A DNA stretch of 64,000 nt from an uncultured Actinomycetes bacterium. GTDB taxonomy: Bacteria; Actinomycetota; Coriobacteriia; Anaerosomatales; PHET01. Position numbers and translations under genes: made by a program. This document shows positions 28,773-39,448 of the stretch, piece after piece. Positions within the stretch are counted from its first letter, which is position 1, and each line of letters begins with the position of its first letter. The notes below the pieces were generated by a model, which searched no databases, was not told where the DNA came from, and saw only the letters and a program-made list of their open reading frames with translations. Where the stretch lies: NCBI GenBank assembly GCA_963700665.1, contig CAVOYK010000011.1:122527-186526 (forward strand), read 5' to 3'.

Positions 28773-28834
28773 CTACCTCGGGCAAACGCTAGAATCAAGT
28801 CAGCGCCGTGCAAGGCGTCCCCGGGGAGGAACGA

Positions 28835-29911
28835 ATGAGCTCGAAGTTCACCGAGGTTGTGTTCGGCAAGAAGGACAGGCCTCTTCTGTGGTCACTAGTC
28901 GGCATCCTCGTGCTGGCTCTTGCCGTGACCGCCTTTGCGGTTTCGGCGCTTGGGCTCTTGCGCCTGGTCCTGTACGCGATTGCGCCGGTGCTCGTGGTGG
29001 TGGCCACATCGATGCTGCACCACGATCGCTACCGCCAGCTACGAGCTATCAGCTTTGGCTCGATCGCCGCCCTGCTCGGTGCTTTGAGTCTTGTGACCTC
29101 GGGGAGTCCGCTTGTGGCAGGCGCCACTGCGGCGATCGTGTTCGGCGCGGCCACTGCGATGAAGGCGCTTCCCGAGTGGGAGTTCGAATCGGACCTGCTC
29201 TCGCTCTCATTCTTCCTCGGCGTCATAGTCTCCGCGCTCGGAGAGGCACCGCGGGGCGCCGCGCTCAACGTGTTGATCGTGGGCATGGTCGGTGTCGCCG
29301 GGGGCATGGTTGGAGAACTCCTGCGGCTGCTGGTGCTGAAGATACAGGGTACCGCTCGCCCGGCGGCAGGGGAGCTGGCGGGCCGCTCGCTCAGCGATCG
29401 ACTGAGGATCATGACCGACCTCAGGGTCCCGGTGGTTCGCTTCGCGATCGTGCGTGGACTCACGCTCGGAATCGGCGTATCCATTCTGGAGTCGGCTGGG
29501 CCCAACCGGCACGTCGCCTGGGTGCTCGTCGCTGTGTTCGCTGTGATGCGGCCCTTCACGGGCGACACGATGCGCACGGCGATCATGAGGTCGGTGACCA
29601 CGCTTGCCGGCGTGTTGATCGTCGGTCTTGTCGGGACGTTTGCGACAGCTCAGGTGACGCTACTTGTCGGCGTGGTGGCCTTGCTCGTGGGAATTCTGTT
29701 CCTGTTGCGAAGCCCTGTTCCAATTACGGTAGCCAGCGCGATGATCGCGGTAGCCGCTGCCGGCCTCCCCGGGCAGCAGTTCGCCACATGGGCCGTCTAC
29801 AGGTTCGTGGAGACCGTCGTGGGATCTGCGATCGCGCTGATCGTCATCTTCGTGTTCATGCCGCTGCTCGAGCGGATGTTCCCGGCCGAGGTGCCGGCAG
29901 AATCGCCCTGA
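28835..29911 (+). CDS. FUSC/ArAE-like integral membrane protein (tentative)
   Basis: The start is taken at MSSKF (ATG 28835, with GGGAGGA 5 nt upstream). The second half (RFAIVRGLTLGIGVSILE...VAWVLVAVFAVMRPFTGDTMRTAIMRSVTTLAGVLIVGLVG) resembles the FUSC core. Confidence 0.45.
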   Translation: MSSKFTEVVFGKKDRPLLWSLVGILVLALAVTAFAVSALGLLRLVLYAIAPVLVVVATSMLHHDRYRQLRAISFGSIAALLGALSLVTSGSPLVAGATAAIVFGAATAMKALPEWEFESDLLSLSFFLGVIVSALGEAPRGAALNVLIVGMVGVAGGMVGELLRLLVLKIQGTARPAAGELAGRSLSDRLRIMTDLRVPVVRFAIVRGLTLGIGVSILESAGPNRHVAWVLVAVFAVMRPFTGDTMRTAIMRSVTTLAGVLIVGLVGTFATAQVTLLVGVVALLVGILFLLRSPVPITVASAMIAVAAAGLPGQQFATWAVYRFVETVVGSAIALIVIFVFMPLLERMFPAEVPAESP

Positions 29912-30108
29912 CCTTCGGCGAGTCGCGCCCGATCCCCTGAGCCTCGAGCGCATTCCGGTGGCTGTGGTGTCAGTTGGGCGAAGGGGAATGAACAAACCAG
30001 TCGTCGCCCTATTGATGTATCCAGGGCCGCGCTGCCAGGGTCGCCCGTCGGGGCACGCGCAAGAGTGCGTGGATCGGGCGTCGGACACGCGACTAGTCCC
30101 GCCATCAT

Positions 30109-32300
30109 ATGCGTCGAGTAGTGATCGTCAGCAATCGCCTGCCCGTCACGGTGGAGAAGCGCAAAGGCGCGCTGTCGTATCGGGGCAGCGTGGGCGGGGT
30201 CTCCACCGGCCTCCAGTCTCTGCTCGAGGAGAGCAACGGCCTGTGGGTCGGCTGGGCCGAGATTTCGGCTTCGAGAGTCGATGCGGACGAGCGTGCGCAG
30301 ATCGCAGAGCGCCTGCAGGCCGAGCACTCCTCAACGCCGGTGTTCCTCACGAGCGCGGACATCCGCGGCTTCTATCACGGCTTCTCCAACCGCACGATAT
30401 GGCCGCTCTTCCACTACTTCATGCGGTTCGCCGAGTTCGACTCGGCGATGTGGTCGGCCTACCAGCGCGTGAACCGCAAGTACCGCGATGCCGTGCTCGA
30501 GGTCGCGAAGCCCGGCGACATCATCTGGGTGCACGACTACCAGCTCATGCTGTTGCCGCAACTGCTGCGCGAGGCGCTGCCGGACGCCTCGATCGGCTTC
30601 TTCCTCCACATCCCGTTTCCCGCGCTCGAGGTGTTCCGCGTGCTGCCGTGGCGCCGAGAAGTGCTCGCGGGGCTCTTGGGCGCCGATCTTGTCGGCTTCC
30701 ACACCTACGACTACGCGGCCAACTTCCTCGACTCCGTCCAGCACCTTACGAGCTACGAGGTCCAAGGCGAACGCGTGAACGTGGAGGGCCGCCTGTCGGT
30801 CGCCGAGGCGTTCCCGATGGGCATCGACTTCGAGCGGTTCGCGACGATGGCGACCACGCCCAAAGCGACGAGCGAGGCCCAGCGCATCGTCTCGCAGTCG
30901 GGTGGGCGCAAGCTCGTGCTCTCGATCGACCGGCTCGACTACACCAAGGGCATCCCCGAGCGCCTCCGAGCCTTCTGCGCGTTTCTGGAGCGCTATCCCC
31001 GAGTGGCGGGGCAAGGTGACGATGCTTGCCGTCGCCGTCCCATCTCGGACGCGTGTGGAGCAGTATCGCCAGCTCAAGAGGGAGGTCGACGGGCTCGTAG
31101 GCTCGATCAACGGGCAGTTCGCCACGATGGACTGGACGCCCATCCGCTATCTGTACCAGTCGCTAGCCCGGAGTCGCTTGCGGCGGCGTACCGAGCAGCG
31201 GACGTTGCGCTCGTCACACCACTGCGCGACGGGATGAACCTCATCGCCAAGGAGTACTTGGCGGCACGCATCGATGGTACCGGCGTGCTGGTTCTCTCGG
31301 AGCTGGCGGGCGCCGCGCGGGAGCTGGGCGAGGCGGTCGTGGTCAACCCGTTCGACCAAGAGTCGATCGTCGACGGGCTGCACGAGGCCTTGACGATGCC
31401 CGAGGAGGAGCAGCGGACCCACAACACCGCGATGAGAGCGCGACTGTCGCGCTACACGGTGAGCCGGTGGGGCGCCGACTTCGTCGAGTCGCTGGAGAAC
31501 GTGAAGATCCAGCAGCTCCGATCCGTCGAGTACGTGCTCGACGATCTCCAGCGCGAGCCGCATCGTCGAGGCCTACCGATCCAGCAAGAGCCGCTGCCTC
31601 GTGCTCGACTACGACGGCACGCTGACAGGCTTCGCTCCCAAGCCGGGCCTCGCCACCCCGACACCCAAGCTGCAAGAGACCCTCACGCGGCTCGGCTCGA
31701 AGCCGGGCAACCGGGTCGCGATCGTCTCGGGACGCGACCGTGAGACGCTTGAGGGATGGTTCGGCGACCTGCCCTTGCACCTGATCGCCGAGCACGGCGT
31801 GTGGGTCAGAGACCTCGGCGAAGCATGGCGTCTCACAGAACCCGTTGACGACGCGTGGAAGCCCAGGCTGCGACCCGTCCTGGAGATGTTCGTCGACCGC
31901 ACCGCCGGTTCGCTGCTCGAGGAGAAGGACCTACTCGCTCGTGTGGCACTACCGCATGGTCGAGCCCGAGCTCGCCGAGGTGCGGCTTCAGGAGCTGCGC
32001 GAGACGCTGGGCACGCAGGTGAGCAATCTGGGTCTCGCGGTGATGGAAGGCAACAAGGTACTCGAGGTCAAGCCTGCCGGCGTCAACAAGGGGCGAGCCG
32101 CGTACTCGTACCTGAACGAGGAGCCGCTCGACTTCGCGCTCGTCGCCGGCGACGACCGTACCGACGAGGACCTCTTCGAGGTCGCCCCTGAGACCGCATG
32201 GACCATCAAGGTAGGACGTGGCCCGACTCGTGCGCGCCTGTCGGTCGAGAGCCACAGAGACATACTGAATCTGCTCGGCGAACTCGCGGAGGTTGACTGA
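30109..32300 (+). CDS. otsA: Bifunctional trehalose-6-phosphate synthase/phosphatase (OtsA-OtsB fusion); about 4 frame breaks
   Basis: GT20 blocks are present: [76 protein letters not shown]. These are followed, without an intervening stop once frames are followed, by HAD phosphatase blocks: [40 protein letters not shown]. Breaks lie near 31010, 31165, 31600 and 31935. Confidence 0.85.
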
Positions 32301-33511
32301 TGAAGCGACTTGAGGACTACCGGGGAATCGTGGCCGACGACGTGCTCGCGGACCTGCACCATCGGGCGGCGAGCCTCTACGACCGCCACGTCGTCCACGT
32401 GAACTCGACGGCACAGGGTGGTGGTGTCGCCGAGATGCTCTACACCCTCATCCCGCTGATGAACGACGTCGGCGTGGACTGCGGATGGCGCGTTCTGGTG
32501 GGCAGCGACGACTTCTTCAACGTCACCAAGAAGCTCCACAACGGCCTGCAGGGCGAAAGCATCGCACTCACCGCGCAGAAGAAGCGCATCTACTCCCAGA
32601 CGAGTGAGGACTTCTGCCAGTACACCCACGTCAGGAATCACGACGCGATCATCGTGCACGATCCGCAGCCTCTGCCGATGATCAAGTTCCAGAAGAAGCG
32701 GCAGCCGTGGGTGTGGCGCTGCCACATCGATCTGACCGAGCCGGACCCGCGGCTCTGGGAGTACCTCAAGGGCTACATTCTGCGCTACGACATGGTCATC
32801 GTCAGCCACGACGACTACCTTCACCCCGACCTGCCCGTTCCACAGGTGGTGATCAATCCGGCGATCGATCCGCTCAACCAGAAGAACATCAGCCTGCCGG
32901 GGGCGACGATCACCAAGTACATGGAGCGCCACGGCGTGGTGCTGGACAAACCGCTGATCACGCAGGTGTCGCGCTTCGACAAGTGGAAGGACCCGGAGGG
33001 GGTCATCGAGGTCTTCAAGCGGGTGCGCAAGCAAGTCGACTGTCGGCTGGTTCTGGCCGGCAACTTCGCCACCGACGACCCCGAGGGCTACGAGATCTTC
33101 CAGCGTGTCCAGTCGAAGGCGGCCAAGCTCATCGAGAGTGGGGACGTGATCATCCTTCTGGGCGCGAGCGACATCGTCATCAACGCCCTGCAGCGCGTCT
33201 CCACCGTGGTTCTGCAGAAGTCGCTTCGCGAGGGGTTCGGCCTCACGGTCGCCGAGGCGTCGTGGAAGGGCGTGCCGGTCGTGGCCTCGGCGGTTGGCGG
33301 CATCCCGCTGCAGATCATCGACGGCCACACCGGCTTCCTCGTAGACCCTCGGGACTACGACCAGTGCGCCGAGCGCATCGCGAGCATCGTGCAGGACCCC
33401 GATTTGGCTGCGGAGATGGGTGCGAACGGCAAGGAGCATGTCCGAGAGAACTTCCTGATAACCCGTTTGCTGGGGCACTACTTGGCGCTTCTCGGCGATT
33501 TGCTGGGCTGA
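32300..33511 (+). CDS. treT: Trehalose glycosyltransferring synthase TreT-like GT4 glycosyltransferase
   Basis: Intact 403-aa ORF. It is collinear with my recollection of archaeal TreT: RLEDYRGIV, VHVNSTAQGGGVAEML, FFNVTKKLHNGLQG, VHDPQPLPMI, PWVWRCHIDL, ITQVSRFDKWKDP, DDPEG, REGFGLTVAEASWKGVPVV and GGIPLQIIDGHTGFLV. The ATG overlaps the otsAB stop (TGATG). Confidence 0.75.
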   Translation: MKRLEDYRGIVADDVLADLHHRAASLYDRHVVHVNSTAQGGGVAEMLYTLIPLMNDVGVDCGWRVLVGSDDFFNVTKKLHNGLQGESIALTAQKKRIYSQTSEDFCQYTHVRNHDAIIVHDPQPLPMIKFQKKRQPWVWRCHIDLTEPDPRLWEYLKGYILRYDMVIVSHDDYLHPDLPVPQVVINPAIDPLNQKNISLPGATITKYMERHGVVLDKPLITQVSRFDKWKDPEGVIEVFKRVRKQVDCRLVLAGNFATDDPEGYEIFQRVQSKAAKLIESGDVIILLGASDIVINALQRVSTVVLQKSLREGFGLTVAEASWKGVPVVASAVGGIPLQIIDGHTGFLVDPRDYDQCAERIASIVQDPDLAAEMGANGKEHVRENFLITRLLGHYLALLGDLLG

Positions 33512-33609
33512 CCGCAGAGCGGCTGAGCGGCCGAGGGCGCGCCGCTATCGACCGCAACGGGTATGCGGGCACAGGTCTGTCGCGAACGACGATCCTCTTC
33601 CTTGACTTC

Positions 33610-34420
33610 GTGGAGGTGGGGACGGTGGGGCCTGCGGCACTGGCGATGCTAGGCGGCCTCTTCACCTGGGCGATGACCGCGGCCGGAGCCGCTCTCGTGC
33701 TGGTGGGGCGCAGTCCCTCGAGGCGGCGCCAAGACATGATGCTGGGCTTCTCGGCGGGCGTCATGCTCTCGGCAAGCTACTTCTCGCTGCTCGGACCGGC
33801 GCTCGAGCTGTCGCGGGCCAGGACGCGGGCCGGCCTGGTTCGCTCCGACCGTCGGGTTCCTTGCAGGTGCGCTTGGCCTGTCCCTGCTCGACCGCGTGTT
33901 GCCCCACATACACAGAGCCCACCGCCGAGTACCGGTGACTCAGGGCCTGAGTACCCACTGGCAGCGCTCGACGCTACTGATCCTGGCAGTGACGCTCCAC
34001 AACATCCCTGAAGGGCTGGCCCTCGGGGTCGCGATCGGGGCGGCGGCCTCAGGCGACTCTGCGGCCTCGATGGGTGCGGCGGTCGCGCTGGCGCTTGGTC
34101 TCGGTCTGCAGAACCTTCCCGAGGGCCTCGCGGTGGCCGCGCCGCTGCGCCGAGAAGGTATGTCGCCGCTGCGCAGCGCCTGGTACGGTCAGCTTTCGGG
34201 CGCCGTGGAGCCGGTGGCTGCCGTGATCGGTGCGGTGCTCGTGAGTTCGTCGCAAGCGGCGTTGCCCTACGGCCTGGCGTTCGCTGCTGGCGCGATGATC
34301 TTCGTGGTGATCGAGGAACTCGTTCCCGAATGCCAGCGCTCCGGTCACGCCGACGCGGCGGTGCTCGCCGCTATCGTCGGCTTCGTCGTGATGATGGTGC
34401 TCGACATCGCGCTTGGATAG
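33610..34420 (+). CDS. ZIP-family divalent metal transporter (ZupT-like); one frame break (~33840)
   Basis: The N-terminal TM region (LAMLGGLFTWAMTAAGAALVL...GFSAGVMLSASYFSLLGPA) lies in one frame. The conserved core LILAVTLHNIPEGLALGVA...GLGLQNLPEGLAVAAPL...FAAGAMIFVVIEELVPE lies in ORF 33896..34420. The start codon is uncertain (GTG 33610 to ATG 33646). Confidence 0.75.
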
Positions 34421-34613
34421 GGCTCGCTGCGCGGATTGCACCGAATCTGGCGACATGCGCCGCTCCCAGCCTGGGAGTAGACGCGTGAGCGAGGTCACAG
34501 GCTATTTGCGCCTAGTGTGCTCGAATGCACACTCCTGCCCCCTGAGCTCGGCCGATACACCCCTCGACACGCTAGGCAGGCACGAACGCCTGCAGCAGGG
34601 AAGGGAGGGGTCG

Positions 34614-35909
34614 ATGCACAGGCGAGGAATACGTCCTCGAGTGTGGAGAGCTGGGCTCGCGGCAGCGCTCGTTGTGGCATTCGCCATCGTGGCGACGCCG
34701 GCGCATGCCGCAGCGACATCGGGGAGCATGAAGGCGACCTGCGAGCCTCAGGTCGCACTGTCTGTCGAAGCCACGGCAGCATACGACAGTGCATACGGGC
34801 GCTATCTTGACGGCATCATCTCCAACGATTCAACGGTGAACGTGAACTGCCCCGTCGTGCAGGTGTCGTGGCTCGAGGATTCCGAGCGAACCGATAAGGT
34901 GTGGCCTCGTGCAGACGGCATGGAGCCGGGTCAGTGGACGGCGTTTCACCTGCGCTGGCCCAAAGACGTTCCTGCCGAGTGGACGCCCGTGGTCTCGGCT
35001 GCAGGCAACCAGACCGACCGCAGCGCCCTCAGGCTTCGGGTCGACGAGGTGTCCGAGGCGGGCGGCGACATGTCCGGGCAGACGGTGAGCGGCGAGCCGG
35101 ACATGCGTTCCTACATCGCCACCGTGACCAACGATGCGGCGTTCCCGGTCTCCTCGATCGAGCTGATCGGAGCCGAGTGGGACGGGGATACCTTCGTGGA
35201 CGCGACGTTCTCGGGGTGCGCACCCTCCATGTTGGCACCCGGGCAAAGCGCTCGGATCGAGTTCCACGCGAAGGCACCGACCTCGGGCAGCCCGGTTCCC
35301 GACGTGTTCGTCGAGGCGCGGGAACGGCCGACGATCACGCTGAAGGCCAACACCCTCTCGCCGTACTACGGCTCGGCGATCACGTTCACCCTGGCGCTCA
35401 AGGACTCGAGCGGACAGCCGATCGTGGGCTGGCGCACGCTCAAGTTGTTCTACTCGGCGGACAAGAAGTGCTGGAACTACGTTCCGCAGCAGACCGAGAC
35501 GGGCACCGCGATCGTCAAGTTCGCGCCGGACAAGCCGCTGTACTTCAAGGCGCTGTACTGGGGCGACGATCAGTACGGGATGACCGAGAGCGCCGTCGTT
35601 CGGGCGACGCCCAAGATCGTCGCGGCCACGCCTCAGGCACCCTCGAGAGTCAACCACTACAGCAAGTTCAAGGTCTCCGGACGGACAACGGGTGGCGCCA
35701 AGAGCGCCGGCAAGCCGGTCTACATCCGCATGTACCGGTACAGCCGGGCTCGTCATCGGTGGATCTACAAGGGCTACGTGAAGACCGCAGCCGACTCGGC
35801 GGGCCGCTACTCGCGTACGTTGCGCATCTCCAAGCATGGTTCTTGGAAGCTGCGCACCTACCGAGCGGGCGCCGGGTACTCCAAGTACGAGTACCTCAAG
35901 ATCAAGTAA
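34614..35909 (+). CDS. Secreted protein: two beta-sandwich-like N-terminal modules plus the shared basic C-terminal module
   Basis: The start is taken at MHRRGIRPRVWRAGLAAALVVAFAIVATPAHAA (ATG 34614, after GGGAAGGGAGGGG). The signal peptide is clear. The C-terminal ~195 aa align with the C-termini of the proteins at 12624, 49837 and 63584. Confidence 0.6.
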   Translation: MHRRGIRPRVWRAGLAAALVVAFAIVATPAHAAATSGSMKATCEPQVALSVEATAAYDSAYGRYLDGIISNDSTVNVNCPVVQVSWLEDSERTDKVWPRADGMEPGQWTAFHLRWPKDVPAEWTPVVSAAGNQTDRSALRLRVDEVSEAGGDMSGQTVSGEPDMRSYIATVTNDAAFPVSSIELIGAEWDGDTFVDATFSGCAPSMLAPGQSARIEFHAKAPTSGSPVPDVFVEARERPTITLKANTLSPYYGSAITFTLALKDSSGQPIVGWRTLKLFYSADKKCWNYVPQQTETGTAIVKFAPDKPLYFKALYWGDDQYGMTESAVVRATPKIVAATPQAPSRVNHYSKFKVSGRTTGGAKSAGKPVYIRMYRYSRARHRWIYKGYVKTAADSAGRYSRTLRISKHGSWKLRTYRAGAGYSKYEYLKIK

Positions 35910-35946
35910 CCTCGCGTCCTGACTGCCGGGTCATGACGCTAGGACC

Positions 35947-35981
35947 AAGAGGGGCCGTCCATGTGGACGGCCCCTTCTCTT
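35947..35981. terminator. Bidirectional rho-independent-type terminator between convergent genes
   Basis: GGGGCCGTCC (35951-35960), loop ATGT, GGACGGCCCC (35965-35974). It is flanked by AAGA on one side and TTCTCTT on the other. Confidence 0.55.
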
Positions 35982-36013
35982 GCGGGTAATGAGCTCGGTC
36001 CGCGCGACCTCGC

Positions 36014-37853
36014 CTATGGTGCCCCGTCGACAAGGATGTCGACGGTGGAGCCACGCGCCACCTGGGTGTCAGGGCTCGGGGACTGTTCGAGGACAGTGCC
36101 ACTGTTCGAGTGCAGCTCGTAGGTGACCTTGGCCTTGAGCCCGGCGTTGTCGAGGGCCGCTTTGGCATCGGCCTCGGTCTTGCCGATGACGTCGGGCACG
36201 GCGATGCGCTCGGGGCCCTTGGACACCACGATGGAGACGGTCGAGCCCTTCGCTACCTCGATTCCCCTGTTGGGGTTCTGTGAGATGACGAGGCCCTTGT
36301 CGACCGACTCGCTGTACTCCTCGGATACCTTGACCTTGAAGCCGGCGTCCTTGAGCGTGGACTCGGCGGTCGAGCGCTTCTTTCCCACGACGTTGGGGAC
36401 TGCCACGGTCTCGACTCCGCGCGACACCACGTACTCGATCTGAGAACCTTCGTCGACCATCTCGCCAGCTGCGGGACTCTGCTTCATGACCGAGCCGATG
36501 GGCACCTTGCTGCTGGGCTGGTCGGCCAGTCCCTTGGCCACGAAGCCCGCGTCCTCGATCGCCTGGATGGCCTCGTCCTCCTTGAGTCCCACCACCTCGG
36601 GTACTTCGACCTGCCTGGGCCCCTTGCTGACCACGAACGAGATCGCCGAGCCCTCCTCGGCAGGCGCTCCCGGCACCGGTGACTGGTCGATCACGAGCCC
36701 GGCCTCGACCTCTTTGCTGAACTCTGGCTTGACCTCGCCGAGAGTGAACCCGGCTTCGGAGATGAGGAGCTGTGCTTCATCGGTGGTCTTGCCGGTGAGA
36801 TCGGGCACGGGAAGGCTCTGCACTCCGAGCAGTCCCATGCCCCACGCCACACCCAGACCGGCCCCCACCAAGAGCACCGCGAGCACGACCCACAACCATG
36901 CGTTGCTCTTGCGTCTGGCGGGCGGGCGTCCGCGGTCGCCGACGTCGGCGTAGGCATCCGACTCGGCTCTCGGCATCACCGAAGTCTGCGCCGCCGCAGC
37001 GGCGGCTCCAGCGGCCACCGCGGCAGCCGGGATCTCGCGGCCGCTCGCTACTTCGAGCAGGTCGCGGCGCATGGCCTCGGCCGTTTCGTAGCGAGCGGTC
37101 GGGTCCTTGGCCATCGCGGTGACGATGACGCCCTCGAGGCCCGGATCGATGTCGGGGTTGAACTGGCGGGGCAGCGGGAGCCGCTTCGTTCACCTGCTTG
37201 AGCGCGACGGCCACAGGAGTGTCCGCGTCGAACGGCAGCTGCCCGGTCGAGGCCTCGAACAGCACGATGCCCAACGAGTACAGGTCGCTCGCGGCCGAAA
37301 GCGGCTTGCCCTGCGCCTGCTCCGGGGACACGTAGTGCGCGGTACCAAGCACCGAGCCCGTCTGTGTCATCGTCGTGTTGCCGGCTCGTGCGATGCCGAA
37401 GTCCATGACCTTCACCGCGCCGTCCGGCGTGATCATGATGTTGTGCGGCTTGATGTCGCGGTGGATGACGTCGTAGCCGTGCGCGACCGAGAGCGCCGAG
37501 CAGACCTGCGCGCCGATCTCGGCCACGCGGCGCGAGTCGAGCGCGCCCTTCTGCTGGATGATCGACTTGAGGTCGGTGCCGCGCACGAGCTCCATGACGA
37601 TGTAGTACGTGTCGCCGTCCTGGCCCCAGTCGTAGATGTTGACGATGTAGGGGCTCTGCAGGTTGGCCGCGGCCTGGGCCTCTTGGCGGAAGCGCGCGGC
37701 GAACGTGGGGTCGGCGGCGTAGCGCGGGTGCATCACCTTGACCGCGACGGTGCGCCCGAGCACCTCGTCGACGGCCTTGTAGACCTCGGCCATGCCCCCG
37801 GAACCGATCTTCTCGGTCACCCGGTATCTGCGCCCGAAGACCATCTCTTCCAC
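36014..37853 (-). CDS. pknB: Ser/Thr protein kinase PknB with four PASTA domains; one frame break (~37180)
   Basis: The kinase domain shows GSGGMAEVYKA, VAVK, HRDIKPHN, DFGIA and GTAHYVSPEQ. After the shift come AKDPTARYETAEAM, a TM helix (WLWVVLAVLLVGAGLGVAW) and four PASTA modules (VPDLTGKTTDEAQ..., VPEVVGLKEDEAI..., VPNVVGKKRSTAE..., VPDVIGKTEADAK...). Confidence 0.85.
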
Positions 37854-37948
37854 GTGGTTCAGCTCCCGTGCTCGTTACCTGCGGGGATTCTCCCCGGCTG
37901 CCGTCATTCTAGCCGATACGACCGCTGCGAAGCATGCGAGCGGTCCAA

Positions 37949-39441
37949 CTACTTGCCTCCTTGTGCCCGAAGCGCCGCCTTGAGAACGGGCTGCGCCGCT
38001 GGAGCGGCCACACGGCCCCCGACTCCGCCGCCCTCGATCATGATCGCGAGCGCCACCGTGGGCTTGTCCGCGGGTGCGAATGCGATGAACCACGCGTTGG
38101 TCGGCTTGCCCTTGCCCACCTCGGCGGTGCCGGTCTTGCCGGCCACCTTGTACCCCGCCACCTTGGCTCGCGCGCCGCTGCCGGCCTCGACCACGTTTCG
38201 CATCGCCTGGGTCACCTGCTCTGCGGTCGCCGGGTCGGTGGCGGTCGTGAGACGGCGTGGAAGCGTGCGCGACGTGAGCGAGGCACCACCCGCAGGGTCC
38301 AGGACTCGGTCGATCACGAAGGGGCGCATCACGATGCCGTCGTTGGCGATTCCCGCCGAGACGAGCGCCATCTGCATCACGGTGGCTTGCGGGCCGGCGG
38401 GGCTCTCGTGCTCGCCCACCGGCTGGCCGACACCCGCCCACGCCGTCTCCCACGTGGTCATCTCGGCCGGATCGGGCATGAGCGAGACCTTCGCGGGCAG
38501 CTCGTAGCCAAGCTCCGCGTCGAAGCCGAACCGGTCGGCCTGCTGCACCAGCTGCTCGGCGCCCATGTCCACCGCGAGCTGTGCGAACACGGTGTTGACC
38601 GAGCGTGCGGTCGCCGTCTTCAGGTCGAGCCGTCCGTAGCTGCCGCCCTCGAAGTTGGTGACCGGCGCGTTGCCGATCTCGAGCGTGCCGGGCCCGCGAT
38701 ACGTGCTCTCGAGCGTTGCGGTGCCCGAGCCCAAGGCGCCTGTCAGCGTCACGATCTTGAACGTCGAGCCCGGCGCGTAGAGCGCCTGGCGTCCGCGGTC
38801 GAGCAGCCGCGCGCCCTTGGCTGCCGAGGAGATCTGCTCCCACTGCTCGTCGACGTCGGCGGGGTCGTAGGAGGGCGTGCTCGCCGCCGCGAGCACGGCG
38901 CCGGTCCGAGGGTCGAGGACGACGCAGGCGCCCCGCTCGCCGCGCAGCGTCTTCTCGGCGGCCTTCTGGATGCGCGAGTCGATGGTGAGCGCGACGTCGT
39001 CGCCTTGAACGGGGCGCCCGGTCGGCCGCGTCGATCACGTCGGCCCAGTCGTGTGAAGGTCCGCTTGCCCGCGAGCGCGTCGTTGGCGGCGGCCTCGACC
39101 CCGGCGCGCCCGTAGCGCAGCGAGTAGTAGCCCACCGTGTGGGCCGCGAACGTCCCTCGAGGGTACTGTCGCTCGAAGAAGGAGCGACCCACCGGAACCG
39201 ACTCGGCGAGCACGACGCCGTCGCGCGTGAGGATCGACCCGCGGTCGCTTCGGGCCTGCTCGGCCAGGTCTCGGCTGTTCGCGGGGTTGTTCACGAGCGA
39301 TCGGGCGCTGACGACCTGGATCCAGGTCAGGTTCACCACCAGGACCGCCAGCAGCACCGAGAGAACCGTCGCCACGCGCGTCAGGCGGCGACCCAGCGCC
39401 AAGCGTCCCAGCACCCCGAGATCGGTCGAGGTGGTCTGCAT
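37949..39441 (-). CDS. pbpA: Class B penicillin-binding protein PbpA (transpeptidase); one or two frame breaks (~39000-39060)
   Basis: The N-terminal tail plus TM helix is MQTTSTDLGVLGRLALGRRLTRVATVLSVLLAVLVV. The transpeptidase motifs are STFK, SVN and KTGT. Confidence 0.85.
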
Positions 39442-39448
39442 CTCGGTC

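Larger units (their letters stand above)
18100..29950. mobile_element. Putative decayed genomic island (lower G+C, integrase remnant, gene scars)
   Basis: It begins next to tRNA-Arg with a truncated tyrosine-recombinase gene. Hand-counted lines give 55% G+C at 19021 and 60% at 25201, versus 75% at 15001 and 40441. All genes are on the plus strand. Two further truncated gene fragments are present. ATCCCCTGAGC occurs at 18080-18090 (inside the tRNA) and again at 29932-29942, just after the last gene. Confidence 0.45.

Noticed and set aside
27338-28813. A 491-aa minus-strand ORF antisense to the amidohydrolase 3' end and the COG0523 gene. Similar cases are 31988..33478 antisense to treT and 34830..35837 antisense to the secreted protein.
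   Set aside because: No recognisable domain is present. Each is fully overlapped by plus-strand genes with strong family motifs and proper Shine-Dalgarno/start contexts.
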